Shown: in pieces, positions 26,532-35,951 of the stretch
How positions within the stretch are numbered: position 1 is the first letter of the stretch
Layout of the letters: every line of letters begins with the position of its first letter
From: Candidatus Hermodarchaeum yapensis
GTDB taxonomy: Archaea; Asgardarchaeota; Hermodarchaeia; Hermodarchaeales; Hermodarchaeaceae
Direction: 5' to 3'
Assembly: GCA_016840405.1 (NCBI GenBank)
Contig: JAEOSK010000018.1
Location: forward strand, 1-54,847
Length of the DNA: 54,847 nt
The notes under the pieces: generated by a model
Told to the model about the DNA's origin: nothing
Database searches by the model: none
Seen by the model: the letters and a program-made list of their open reading frames with translations, nothing else
Made by a program: the position numbers and the translations under genes

Positions 26532-28958
26532 CTAGAAGACTTCTGTAGGAATCAATAGCTTCTTCTCTCGAAGCTCGAAAATAGCATTCATTAACTCGGT
26601 GGGTTCTTCCCTAACTGTCTCTAAGTATGAATTCATGATTTCTCCCAAGAAGACTAATTCACTGGATTTTGCTAATTCTAAAGCTACAAAATGGAGACGG
26701 TTTTCTAAAACCGAGAGAGAAAGACCCTTAGACACTTCGGGGACTACTTTGTGAGGGAATAAGAGTGATACATGGAAAATTTCTTCAAGAAGATCATTGG
26801 CCCCAGCAAATATTGCAGGTTCGTATCCTCGTTTTTCTAATTGTTGTAAAAATCTTTCTTCGAATCTTGCAGAAAATGTTTGGATCTTTTCTTTTAACGT
26901 GTCACTGGGAATACCACGATATACAAGGGCGGTTCGAGTATAAGTGCCATCATGAATGATAACTCGAAAACCCTCATAAGAAATTTCGGAGAGCCGGGCT
27001 TGTGTTGGTAGAGCTGAATCATCTGAATTTGAGGCAACATCTATGGCAAAGGCTTGTAACGCTTGTAGGAAACCACCGAACAAAGAGGCATCCATCCCCT
27101 TATCCTTGAATGGATCAAAGATAGCTATTCCAGATCCATGATGAAGAACAAGGAAACGGGAAAGATTGGTCACGTCATTGAACATTTCAAGAACTTCTTG
27201 GAGTTTCCGTGCATGTGCAACACGTTTGGGGATAACATATCTTGGGTTGTAGACCTTGCTGTAAAGAATCCAACCTAAGAGAATGGAAATAAGCAGTATT
27301 ACAGCTAGGATAAGGAATTCAGTCTGAATGCCAAATAATGTTGGTGGAATACCCGTGTTTACAACGACTGAAAATTCCAAGGCAGTTCCCGTTGCGGATG
27401 TAGCGTTCAAATAACCTTCTTTTAGAAATTCAATCTCAATTGAGAGGGGAGAGTCGGAATCAGTTTTAATTATTGGCACATGTATAGCATATGATCCGCA
27501 ACCATTGTGAATCATCGAAATAGTGAATGTACTATTGCTTTTATCTGTATAACGTAATGTGACTGTGGCATTCTTAACAAACAGGCCTAAATCCAAATTT
27601 ATCCAAGAAACATTGACGAATAAGCTGCTCCATCCATAGCGACCATTTGGTACTGGAGAATTCAGAACTGGTTCCGTTTGAATAATGGAAATACAATGAA
27701 TATCAAAGGTTTCGCCAGGGATACCTATGTTCTCGTCCATGAGGAGAAACCGAGTGGTTGCGTTATAAGAATAGCTGTTGATTTTGTTTCCAATTTGATT
27801 TCTCACAACAACCAAATTCCACTCATATGGGAGATGAAGTCCAAATTGATAATTCTGATAGTTCGGAGGAGGTCGACCAGATGGAATAGTATAGTTGATT
27901 ACCCAACTTGGTTCCGAATCAGAAGATACAGTAAAGGAAGAAATCGCTGACTCCTCTCCTTCAGTTTTAACAAACATTGTGTATTGAACATCAAATGTAA
28001 TCGAATCATTTGCTGCAAAAATTAACGTTTGATTCGTATTCCAACCTAGAGAGGGGCTAATTTCCTCTTTTAGAATGGGATCGACATAAATATCAACTTC
28101 ACCATTCGCTGCAAAAGTATCGATAACTTCAGTGCTATTGAGAGTTAACTCCACTCCGCTGGGGGCATCATAGGTGCCTATTTGGTATTCAAAATTATCA
28201 AAGTAGATGAGTCCATCTACATCCAGGTTTGAGCTGTCTGTTTTTTGAAGAGTAATTCGGAGGGTTAGTGACCCATTTACTGGGATCGTTGGAAAGCTAA
28301 TGTGAGTCCATGTTGTTGGGGCAAATTCTGAGGTGGGTTGCCACCACATACCCATTGAATCATTGAGGTGATCTTCGATTTCAACACGTATGATAAACCA
28401 GTCTTCTTTAGTTATATCAGCAGAAAAGCGAATGTCAAAAGAAAGGGTGAGGGTTGTTGGTGTGAATTGTGATATGAATTCAAAGTCATTATCGACATAA
28501 TCTGTCTGGGTTCCTAATACTTTACCATTTTTTAGCTCTAAAACATAGCAAGAACCAGGATTACCTTCAGGTATTGTGTAATTATCTTTAATCAAATCAG
28601 TAGATTGCGTGACTGTCCAATTGTTTCCTGGTTCTGGGTATTGCTCAAAATCACCGTTTGGGATAGGATTTATGGTTTTTCGGAGATCTGTGATTGCTGC
28701 ATGAAGACGATATCCGTAATAATTTGGTGGATAAAAGTCAGAGTTGAAAGTAAATATCGTATCATTGTGGGCGTTGGAGAAGATTGGAGTTTTGTTATGA
28801 CAGTACTCATAGACATCAAGTAAAGACCAAATTTCAGAATTTAAGGATGCAAGCGACTCCACTAAAACTGCGTTTCGATTTTGTGATGCAATACCAGGAG
28901 TAGTGAAGCTAGAGACTAGGATGAGAGCGATGGTTACGTATAGTACGTGTTTCCGCAT
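26532..28958 (-). CDS. Single-pass membrane protein: extracellular beta-rich domains, TM, cytoplasmic longin-like and winged-helix-like domains
   Basis: Signal peptide; NGDFE/YFDN jelly-roll-like motifs; TM near 27260-27320; tail LVLHHGSGIAIF..MDASLFGGFLQALQAF..ISYEGFRVII. Confidence 0.7.
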   Translation of the reverse strand: MRKHVLYVTIALILVSSFTTPGIASQNRNAVLVESLASLNSEIWSLLDVYEYCHNKTPIFSNAHNDTIFTFNSDFYPPNYYGYRLHAAITDLRKTINPIPNGDFEQYPEPGNNWTVTQSTDLIKDNYTIPEGNPGSCYVLELKNGKVLGTQTDYVDNDFEFISQFTPTTLTLSFDIRFSADITKEDWFIIRVEIEDHLNDSMGMWWQPTSEFAPTTWTHISFPTIPVNGSLTLRITLQKTDSSNLDVDGLIYFDNFEYQIGTYDAPSGVELTLNSTEVIDTFAANGEVDIYVDPILKEEISPSLGWNTNQTLIFAANDSITFDVQYTMFVKTEGEESAISSFTVSSDSEPSWVINYTIPSGRPPPNYQNYQFGLHLPYEWNLVVVRNQIGNKINSYSYNATTRFLLMDENIGIPGETFDIHCISIIQTEPVLNSPVPNGRYGWSSLFVNVSWINLDLGLFVKNATVTLRYTDKSNSTFTISMIHNGCGSYAIHVPIIKTDSDSPLSIEIEFLKEGYLNATSATGTALEFSVVVNTGIPPTLFGIQTEFLILAVILLISILLGWILYSKVYNPRYVIPKRVAHARKLQEVLEMFNDVTNLSRFLVLHHGSGIAIFDPFKDKGMDASLFGGFLQALQAFAIDVASNSDDSALPTQARLSEISYEGFRVIIHDGTYTRTALVYRGIPSDTLKEKIQTFSARFEERFLQQLEKRGYEPAIFAGANDLLEEIFHVSLLFPHKVVPEVSKGLSLSVLENRLHFVALELAKSSELVFLGEIMNSYLETVREEPTELMNAIFELREKKLLIPTEVF

Positions 28959-28972
28959 GATTCACCCTTCTC

Positions 28973-28989
28973 AAAAGGCTTAGCCTTTT
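28973..28989. promoter_or_regulatory. Palindrome AAAAGGCT-T-AGCCTTTT upstream of the 808-aa receptor-like gene
   Basis: Perfect 8-bp arms immediately 5' of the GGGTGA RBS. Confidence 0.45.
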
Positions 28990-29135
28990 CTTTCGTTAGT
29001 TTTTGTGCTTATATTGGTTTTCTTAATCCAAGATTCATTGCGTCTGTTTTTAGAAGTTCGAGAGTCAATCAGTTGCTAATGTTGCATGAATGATTATATA
29101 TCAAAGTGACATGATAGTAGGCGAAGGGAGGCACA

Positions 29136-29531
29136 ATGTCTGAAGAAGCGTATATCCTCGAGTTTTGTCGCCAATGGCTTCCTGCTTGGACAGGTAATGA
29201 TCCTGACAAGTTACTCCAGTTCTATACCTCAAATGCGTTTTACAGTGATCCTGCAAATCCTGAGGGGCTTCAAGGTCACCAGCAGTTAAACGAGTATTTT
29301 ACTAAGCTTCTAGCTGCAAATCCTAATTGGGTGTGGGAACCGGTTGAGGTTTTTCCGACATTAAAAGGGTTTAATGTGAAATGGCGGGCTGTTATTCCGA
29401 TTGGGAAGAAGAAGATTGTAGAGTTTGGAATGGATATTGTGGAAGTTGAGGATGGCAGAATATCCCGTAATGAAGTGTATTTTGATCGATCCCGTTGGCT
29501 CGAGTCACTTCCTCAACGTAAAAAGAAGTGA
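29136..29531 (+). CDS. SnoaL/NTF2-like protein
   Basis: AW...D....FY...A.Y.DP and G.D....DGRI....YFD pattern. Confidence 0.85.
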   Translation: MSEEAYILEFCRQWLPAWTGNDPDKLLQFYTSNAFYSDPANPEGLQGHQQLNEYFTKLLAANPNWVWEPVEVFPTLKGFNVKWRAVIPIGKKKIVEFGMDIVEVEDGRISRNEVYFDRSRWLESLPQRKKK

Positions 29532-29558
29532 GCTTATTTTTTGTAGAGGTAGTGGTTG

Positions 29559-31139
29559 TTAGGTGTTGAGTCGTCTATAGAAGTCCTTGTTGGTCTTATA
29601 GATGCTCAGATATTCTTTGAAGAGGGTGTCGTAGAGTTCTCGGTTTTCGGGGTTGGGTTTGAAGACCTTTGAAATCTGAATCACGTTTGGAATTTCATCA
29701 AAGGTGATATGACCTAGCCCAACGCTTGCGATGAATGCTGCTCCTCGGGCGTTGGCTTGGATGGGGTTACTCACTTGGTGTATTTCACGATTGAGTACAT
29801 CGGCATAGATTTGGCACCAAATATCTGATTGGGCGCCTCCTCCAATCATATTGAGTGAGGAGAGAGGCTGTTTGATGAACTTCTCCACAGCAGTAAGGAC
29901 CCAGCGACTGTTGTATGCGACACCTTCGAATACGGCTCGTATCATGTCTCCTTTTTCACTATCAAGGGAGAGGTTGAAAAATGCCCCACGTACGGTGTGA
30001 TCCTCAACTGGAGTTCTTTCCCCATAAAGCCATGGTGTGAAGATTATGTTATGGCTCCCCGGTGCTGATTTTTCTACGATGTGGTCAAATTCTTGGTAGA
30101 CAGCCTGATTTCCACATTTGGCTTCATCGTCGGGATAGAAGACTTGATCTCGGAGAAAATTCAGGCAGGCGCCTGCTGTTTCCTGTTCATTGGCGATGAA
30201 ATAGCGTCCTGGAATGGCAGAGGGTAAAGAGGCGATGTTGGTATTGATATCAGTTTTTTTGTATGGGACATGGCACGTGAGCCAACTACTCGTGCCAATG
30301 TAGACGTGTCCTGCGTAGTCTTGTACCGCGCCTGACCCAATGACGGCGGATGGAACGTCAGCTGTGCTGACAAAGACTTTCAAGTCCTCTCGTAAACCAA
30401 TAGCATTTGCGACCTCTTTTTGGAGTGTTCCTAGCACGTCGATTGATTGTTTCATGGGTGGGAGTTTGTCTTTGTGTATGCCTAGGCGTTTGATTAATCC
30501 GTCATCATAGTGAACGTTGTTGATATTCCGGGTGTTGCTTACCCAGTATAGCATCATTGTGGACGGGGAAGAGGCTATCTCACCAGATAACTTGAAATTG
30601 ATGTAATCAGTGGGTTCGAGGAACCAACGTGCTTGTTCGTAAATATCTGGAAGTTCGTGTTTGATATAGAGGATGTGGGCGATGGGGTCTTTCCCGCTTT
30701 TCGTTGGAATGCCAGCTGTTTTGCGTAGCCAGCGTAATAGGTTGAGGATTGAATAACCTTGAATATTGATTATGCCTCTGAATTTCCTTTTTACATAGGG
30801 GGCACCACGTGAATCCATCCAAATCACGGAATTCATAAGTGGCAGACCATTTTCATCGACCGCAACGGTTCCGGACCATTGGCTTGTATTGCACACGGCA
30901 ATGATATCCTCAGTGGGTACTAGTTTCTGATCAATGAGATTTTTTGCGGCTTTTAGAAATGCATTCCACCACTCATCGGGGTTTTGTTCGGCTCCACCTC
31001 CGGATTGAAGGTGGAGTGGAGTATTCTCACAGGCCCAGCCAATGAATTTGCCATGAGTTGACACTATTGCAGGTTTCATGGCAGAAGTTCCATGATCGAT
31101 GGCCAGGATGTATTTTTCTTGGCTTTTTGACGTACTCAT
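29559..31139 (-). CDS. FGGY family carbohydrate kinase (xylulokinase-like)
   Basis: IDHGTS, EQNPDEWW, IWMDSR, IGTS, GERTP, RAVFEGV and GGGAQS motifs. Confidence 0.9.
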   Translation of the reverse strand: MSTSKSQEKYILAIDHGTSAMKPAIVSTHGKFIGWACENTPLHLQSGGGAEQNPDEWWNAFLKAAKNLIDQKLVPTEDIIAVCNTSQWSGTVAVDENGLPLMNSVIWMDSRGAPYVKRKFRGIINIQGYSILNLLRWLRKTAGIPTKSGKDPIAHILYIKHELPDIYEQARWFLEPTDYINFKLSGEIASSPSTMMLYWVSNTRNINNVHYDDGLIKRLGIHKDKLPPMKQSIDVLGTLQKEVANAIGLREDLKVFVSTADVPSAVIGSGAVQDYAGHVYIGTSSWLTCHVPYKKTDINTNIASLPSAIPGRYFIANEQETAGACLNFLRDQVFYPDDEAKCGNQAVYQEFDHIVEKSAPGSHNIIFTPWLYGERTPVEDHTVRGAFFNLSLDSEKGDMIRAVFEGVAYNSRWVLTAVEKFIKQPLSSLNMIGGGAQSDIWCQIYADVLNREIHQVSNPIQANARGAAFIASVGLGHITFDEIPNVIQISKVFKPNPENRELYDTLFKEYLSIYKTNKDFYRRLNT

Positions 31140-31223
31140 GGTGTAAACCTTCCAACGGCGTGAAACAGAATAAATGGGGGGGGTTTCTTCTCAAATAGGC
31201 TTCGGGCGGGGACACCTAGTGTC

Positions 31224-32435
31224 TCATAAGGAGAGATGCTTGATATTGCCTTTGGCGTCAATTGATTCAATGAGAAGCGGAGATTGTTTCCCAGTGATTT
31301 CCTCGAGCTTAAGAGATTCTTGCATAATTCCAAGGAAATCCATTGGATCAACACATGCCTCGGGTGGAAGCACACCTTTTGTTTTGATTTTTCCTCGGTA
31401 CATGAGGGTAGCACCTAATGCTGCAGGAATGCCGGTCCCCTCTCCCATGCCTTGACCAATTGAAGAAAGGGAGAAGACGTATTGATGGGGTTTTCCCTTT
31501 TTCGTTCCTGAAACGACAGTTTTGACGCAACCTCGCTGTTCACCGAAATTGGTTTTACGAAGAATCCGTTCACGCTCCTGGATGATGTAGGCAATTGTGA
31601 AGTCCCGGGGAGCCATCGGGGTGCCTTTCACATCAATTGGCTTTTCACTTGTAACACCTAGTTGTACGAGTTTAATGATGAATTGGAAGTATTCATCGGG
31701 GAGGACGGTGCCCTTGTTCGTTACGCGTTTACATTTGATATGATCAGGCAGGGTTATGGTTTCAGGATGGGGATAGGGATACACTAGGTATTTGCCAATT
31801 TGGTTGAAATCAACTTCTTCACGTAGAGCAATCCCGGCTTCATCGAAGAAGCGTACTGTTTGCGGTTTTCCTTCAAGAAACATGGGAATCGGTGAGGTCA
31901 TGGCGTGAATGCGGTGGGCAATGACAGCGGCTCCTTCAACGGGTTCCCCTCCGTGGGCGTGATAGATATCAATGGCTTCGATCTTATCGAGTAGCTGTTC
32001 GTTCGCAAATCGTGTTAATAGATTTGTAACACCTGGGGAGCTGCCCATTCCAATACACGCTGATATGTTCGCCTTTTTGGCTACACTGTTCATTGCAAGT
32101 AGCGCTCTAGTGGGGTCAACATCATCACAAATATCCACATAGTTAATCTTGGCTTTAATCACGGCTTCAAGTATAGGTTGACCAAATTGGTAGAAAGGAC
32201 CCACACAGTTCAGGACAACATCAGAACCTTTCACAGCTTCCAAGATACTCTCCGAATTGAGGGCATCGACTTCAATTGGCGTGCATTCTTTCCCTAATTG
32301 ACTTGCGAGTTTTTGGGCACCTTGTGTATTAATGTCCGCAATTAGAACCTCATCAAAATCAGGAAGCTCAGTAAGCGTGCGTACAGCGACACTTCCAACG
32401 GCACCACACCCACCAAGCACAGTAATTCGAGCCAT
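31224..32435 (-). CDS. Saccharopine dehydrogenase family NAD(P)-dependent oxidoreductase
   Basis: GGCGAVG, NCVGPFY, YVDICDD, GMGSSPG, HPE and GVLPPE motifs. Confidence 0.85.
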   Translation of the reverse strand: MARITVLGGCGAVGSVAVRTLTELPDFDEVLIADINTQGAQKLASQLGKECTPIEVDALNSESILEAVKGSDVVLNCVGPFYQFGQPILEAVIKAKINYVDICDDVDPTRALLAMNSVAKKANISACIGMGSSPGVTNLLTRFANEQLLDKIEAIDIYHAHGGEPVEGAAVIAHRIHAMTSPIPMFLEGKPQTVRFFDEAGIALREEVDFNQIGKYLVYPYPHPETITLPDHIKCKRVTNKGTVLPDEYFQFIIKLVQLGVTSEKPIDVKGTPMAPRDFTIAYIIQERERILRKTNFGEQRGCVKTVVSGTKKGKPHQYVFSLSSIGQGMGEGTGIPAALGATLMYRGKIKTKGVLPPEACVDPMDFLGIMQESLKLEEITGKQSPLLIESIDAKGNIKHLSL

Positions 32436-32654
32436 ACTTCAATGTAAGAATTCATGCTATTAAGCTCTAATGCTATTCAGATTCAAGCTTTGATTTCCTT
32501 TACAGACAATGATATTGAACGTTTAGAAAGCAAACATTCTTATTCATTTCTTCACGAAATTTACGTGCGCATAAAGGAGCGGGAATTAGTTGTAATTATA
32601 CAACCTAAATTCCTGTAGCTCAAAACTGAAAGACACAGCAAGAGGTAGCTGTTA

Positions 32655-33188
32655 GTGGCTGAATCACCCCCTCCACAACGGTTTATTTTCAAGTTCATCA
32701 TCTTAGGTGATTACGCCGTAGGAAAAACTTGCGTCATTCGACGATATGTGTCTGATACCTTTGACGAAGAGTACAAAGCCAGCATTGGAGTAGACATCAC
32801 CTCTCAACAGCTATTCTTTGACCCCCATCAAGTACAACTCCAAATCTGGGACATGTCCGGACAAACGGATTTTCGCGAGCTTCGAAGGCAATTTATGAAT
32901 GGATCGGATTGTGGAATTATCGTTTTCGATGTAACCCGACATAGTAGCTTAGAAAATATTTCTCGCTGGATTAATGAGGCTCGCGCCAATGTTCCGGGCT
33001 TACAGTTCGCATTGGTGGGAAACAAGATTGATCTTGTCGATGAACGTGTCGTTAAACATGAGGAAGCCAAGCAAGTTGCAAAAGAAAATCAGATGCTGTT
33101 TTACATTGAAACTTCAGCAAAATCGGGTTCGAATATCCAACTTCTTTTCAAGAAGTTAGCTCAACTAATACTAGAGCGTATGAAATAA
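32655..33188 (+). CDS. Rab-like small GTPase
   Basis: GDYAVGKT, SIGVD, LQIWDMSGQ, NKID and ETSAK motifs. Confidence 0.95.
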   Translation: MAESPPPQRFIFKFIILGDYAVGKTCVIRRYVSDTFDEEYKASIGVDITSQQLFFDPHQVQLQIWDMSGQTDFRELRRQFMNGSDCGIIVFDVTRHSSLENISRWINEARANVPGLQFALVGNKIDLVDERVVKHEEAKQVAKENQMLFYIETSAKSGSNIQLLFKKLAQLILERMK

Positions 33189-33352
33189 CACACAAAATTC
33201 TATACCTTTCAAGGTCTCAATTTTCTGTTCTATTTTCATGTAACTTCAATCTACTCTAAGACCTCTTTTAAAGAACAAATCTCTTAACCACACGCATCCA
33301 AAGTGTTGGCTGGAAATAAGAATCCAAATAACAAAACAGGATTGTTGACGGG

Positions 33353-34165
33353 ATGGATTCGATAACTCAAGGTTTGACAATTATCAAATTGGGTGGTGCA
33401 CTAATCACTGATAAAAACAAACCCTACACTCTTCGGAAAGAAGTTCTGAAGCGTGTAACCAAGGAAATTGCCGATGTGTTAGGTCCATGTGTTATTGTCC
33501 ATGGTGCTGGAAGCTTTGGTCATGTACCAGTTATTAAACGAAAACTCTATGAAGGATTTAAAGAAATCTCACAATTGCCTGATTTATCTCAGACAATGCT
33601 GGAAGTGTTTGATCTCCGGATGGCCGTGACCAAGGCTCTTCAAGAGGCGGGCTTAGCACCGGTGGTGTTTCTTCCTAGTAATATTTTCTTCATGACGAAT
33701 GGAGAAATCTCAGGTCATTTTAGTGGCGGTTACCGCCAGTACCTCAGCTTGGGCATGACCTTGGTTTTTAGTGGTGATATGTGTGCTGACACACAACAAG
33801 GGTTCAGTGTATGCTCGGGTGATAAAGTGGTCCAGTTGCTGTCATTACTTTTACACCCAGAACATGTGATTTTTGCCACTGATGTCGCTGGGATTTTTAC
33901 TGCCGATCCAAAACTTGAGCCAAAAGCTAAGCTCATTTCTGAGATTGCATTGAGTCAAATCCATGAGCTTGAAAAAATTGCTGATGAAGCTGCAACTCCG
34001 GATATAACAAAAGGAATGCGTGGTAAACTCGAAGAAATTAAACGGTTTGACCCTATTCTCAAAGCTGGCACAAAAGTGGCGATTCTTGGGATGATGGAAT
34101 CTGGTATTCTACGACGATATATGGAAAACGAGTCTGATGTGCCATGTACTCGAGTCATTCTTTAG
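33353..34165 (+). CDS. ipk: Isopentenyl phosphate kinase (archaeal mevalonate pathway)
   Basis: KLGGALITDK, HGAGSFGH (IPK-type His), SGD, TDVAG and DITKGMRGKL motifs. Confidence 0.85.
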   Translation: MDSITQGLTIIKLGGALITDKNKPYTLRKEVLKRVTKEIADVLGPCVIVHGAGSFGHVPVIKRKLYEGFKEISQLPDLSQTMLEVFDLRMAVTKALQEAGLAPVVFLPSNIFFMTNGEISGHFSGGYRQYLSLGMTLVFSGDMCADTQQGFSVCSGDKVVQLLSLLLHPEHVIFATDVAGIFTADPKLEPKAKLISEIALSQIHELEKIADEAATPDITKGMRGKLEEIKRFDPILKAGTKVAILGMMESGILRRYMENESDVPCTRVIL

Positions 34166-35682
34166 ATGGGTGGCCGTTCGGTTTCAATTTCCTCTGCTAG
34201 CGCATCAGGCAAATCCTGTGCTTTTTCGATTGGATGACTGTAGCCTTTTCGTGTAAGGTACCATCCAAGAAGGGAAACAAGCGAAACAGCTGAGAAAGTG
34301 AGAGGAAAGCCGTAAATAGGTAAAAATAAACTGAAGATGATGAGCAGCGGCATGCCCAGGAGCAAGGCTAGTGTTGGACGGAAGGAATAGAGGCTATTTC
34401 GAAATCGAGTTGGCACTACATCAATCATCACACGCGAATGTAGGATATTTGCAAGTGATGCAAAGAGTTCACCAATGAGGAATATTCCAAAAATCAGGCT
34501 GACTGGAATAATTGAAGCGAAAGGAATTGCCAAAAAGATGGTGACAAGATGTGGGAATGGAAATAGAGAGATCCAAGGAATGGGGATTAGCATGAGGGGA
34601 TCTGGAGTTGGCGGCGGTGGGAAGAAATAGGTTGTCATGGCTAGAAGCATATAGAACAAGAATCCAACGAATTGGAGGAATCGGAATCGGGGAACCCATT
34701 TGACTGGGTCAAAACGTTTAGCTAATACCCCACTACGTTCTTGAATTATAGCTTCTGGAGCAAAAATAACTGTTCGAAAGAAGGAGACCATGACGTCACT
34801 GAAAAGAAAGGCAAAGTAGAGAGGAAATAGGAGAATATTCCACCAGAGGGTGCCAGTTGCCCAGATTAATACTTCACCAAATATTGTGAACCCAACAAAC
34901 TTGGAAGAAAAAGAAAACTTCACGCCATCTTTTAGTATAGATCCGTACTCAGATAACGAAGGTCGACCTTCGTTTGGTTTACGAACACCAGGAAGATCCC
35001 TCACAACGATTACTACAATCAAGGCTATGATGAGACTCAGAATTGCTTGGATTAGAAAGACTAGTTGACGGTTAAACATCGTGGCAATGACACTGCCTGG
35101 AATTAGTACTGCAATTGATGCAATCTGAAAGACCATGCCTAATCTTCCCGAGAAGACACCATACTGTTTTCGGTCTTTATCCTTTGGCATGGCGACTCGG
35201 TAGTTGTTATCAAACCATGCTTGAAAGGCGCCACTCTCTTGAGATGCACCTAAACCGAACAGGACGTAGATGAGGACGAAGTAGGGGAAGGGTGTGAAGA
35301 TTGTGACTTGAGCCGTTATCCAGTAGGCGATGGCGTAGCAGACTAGGGAGGAGGCAATAATCCATCGATGGCCAATCCAATCACCAAGCGCAGCCGTGGG
35401 ATAGTCAAGGGCAACCTGTATTCCCATTTGTATTACAACAAGTATTCCTACGAGTGCTAGCCCAGCGATGTAGTCGCCACCTCCTAAAGACGTAGCGATG
35501 AAAATCATATAGAAGGTTGTGGAGATTTGGAAGACACCTGCGAAGATTGGGAGGAGTATGGCGAGGATTTTGGCTATTCGTAATCCTTCGTGGGTCGCAT
35601 CTTTTAGTCCGAATAGCCGGGCGAGTTTACTCATCACAATTACTCCAGTAGAATGGTCAGGGAAGGTTGGATAGACGCTCAC
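34162..35682 (-). CDS. MFS transporter
   Basis: DYPTAALGDWIG and SGA..AW motifs; about 12 TM; stop overlaps the ipk stop by 4 nt; likely start at MSKLARL. Confidence 0.8.
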   Translation of the reverse strand: MSVYPTFPDHSTGVIVMSKLARLFGLKDATHEGLRIAKILAILLPIFAGVFQISTTFYMIFIATSLGGGDYIAGLALVGILVVIQMGIQVALDYPTAALGDWIGHRWIIASSLVCYAIAYWITAQVTIFTPFPYFVLIYVLFGLGASQESGAFQAWFDNNYRVAMPKDKDRKQYGVFSGRLGMVFQIASIAVLIPGSVIATMFNRQLVFLIQAILSLIIALIVVIVVRDLPGVRKPNEGRPSLSEYGSILKDGVKFSFSSKFVGFTIFGEVLIWATGTLWWNILLFPLYFAFLFSDVMVSFFRTVIFAPEAIIQERSGVLAKRFDPVKWVPRFRFLQFVGFLFYMLLAMTTYFFPPPPTPDPLMLIPIPWISLFPFPHLVTIFLAIPFASIIPVSLIFGIFLIGELFASLANILHSRVMIDVVPTRFRNSLYSFRPTLALLLGMPLLIIFSLFLPIYGFPLTFSAVSLVSLLGWYLTRKGYSHPIEKAQDLPDALAEEIETERPPI

Positions 35683-35951
35683 TTACTTCTTTAATGATAA
35701 AGGTATTGTTCATCAATAGCATTCGTAAATGGTTGATATATTTTAACTCCAACTGAAAACAAAACCAAGTTGTGATGCATACCGCGCTTTTTCATAATCT
35801 TGAATAATTTGCTATAACATCATTCACAAATATAGATATTCTCGGTGAGATTTCCTCTAGTAACTATTGATTTTTACGTGAAGAGGAGTGACTATATTAA
35901 CAAAGAACCCATCACGTAATTTGTGTAAACGAAACTCAAAGGCGAAGCGGA

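Noticed and set aside
32454-32477. Direct repeat ATGCTATT x2 upstream of the dehydrogenase, and AATGCTA/TAGCATT near 8019-8041
   Set aside because: These are short AT-rich matches that could arise by chance; there is no further support.
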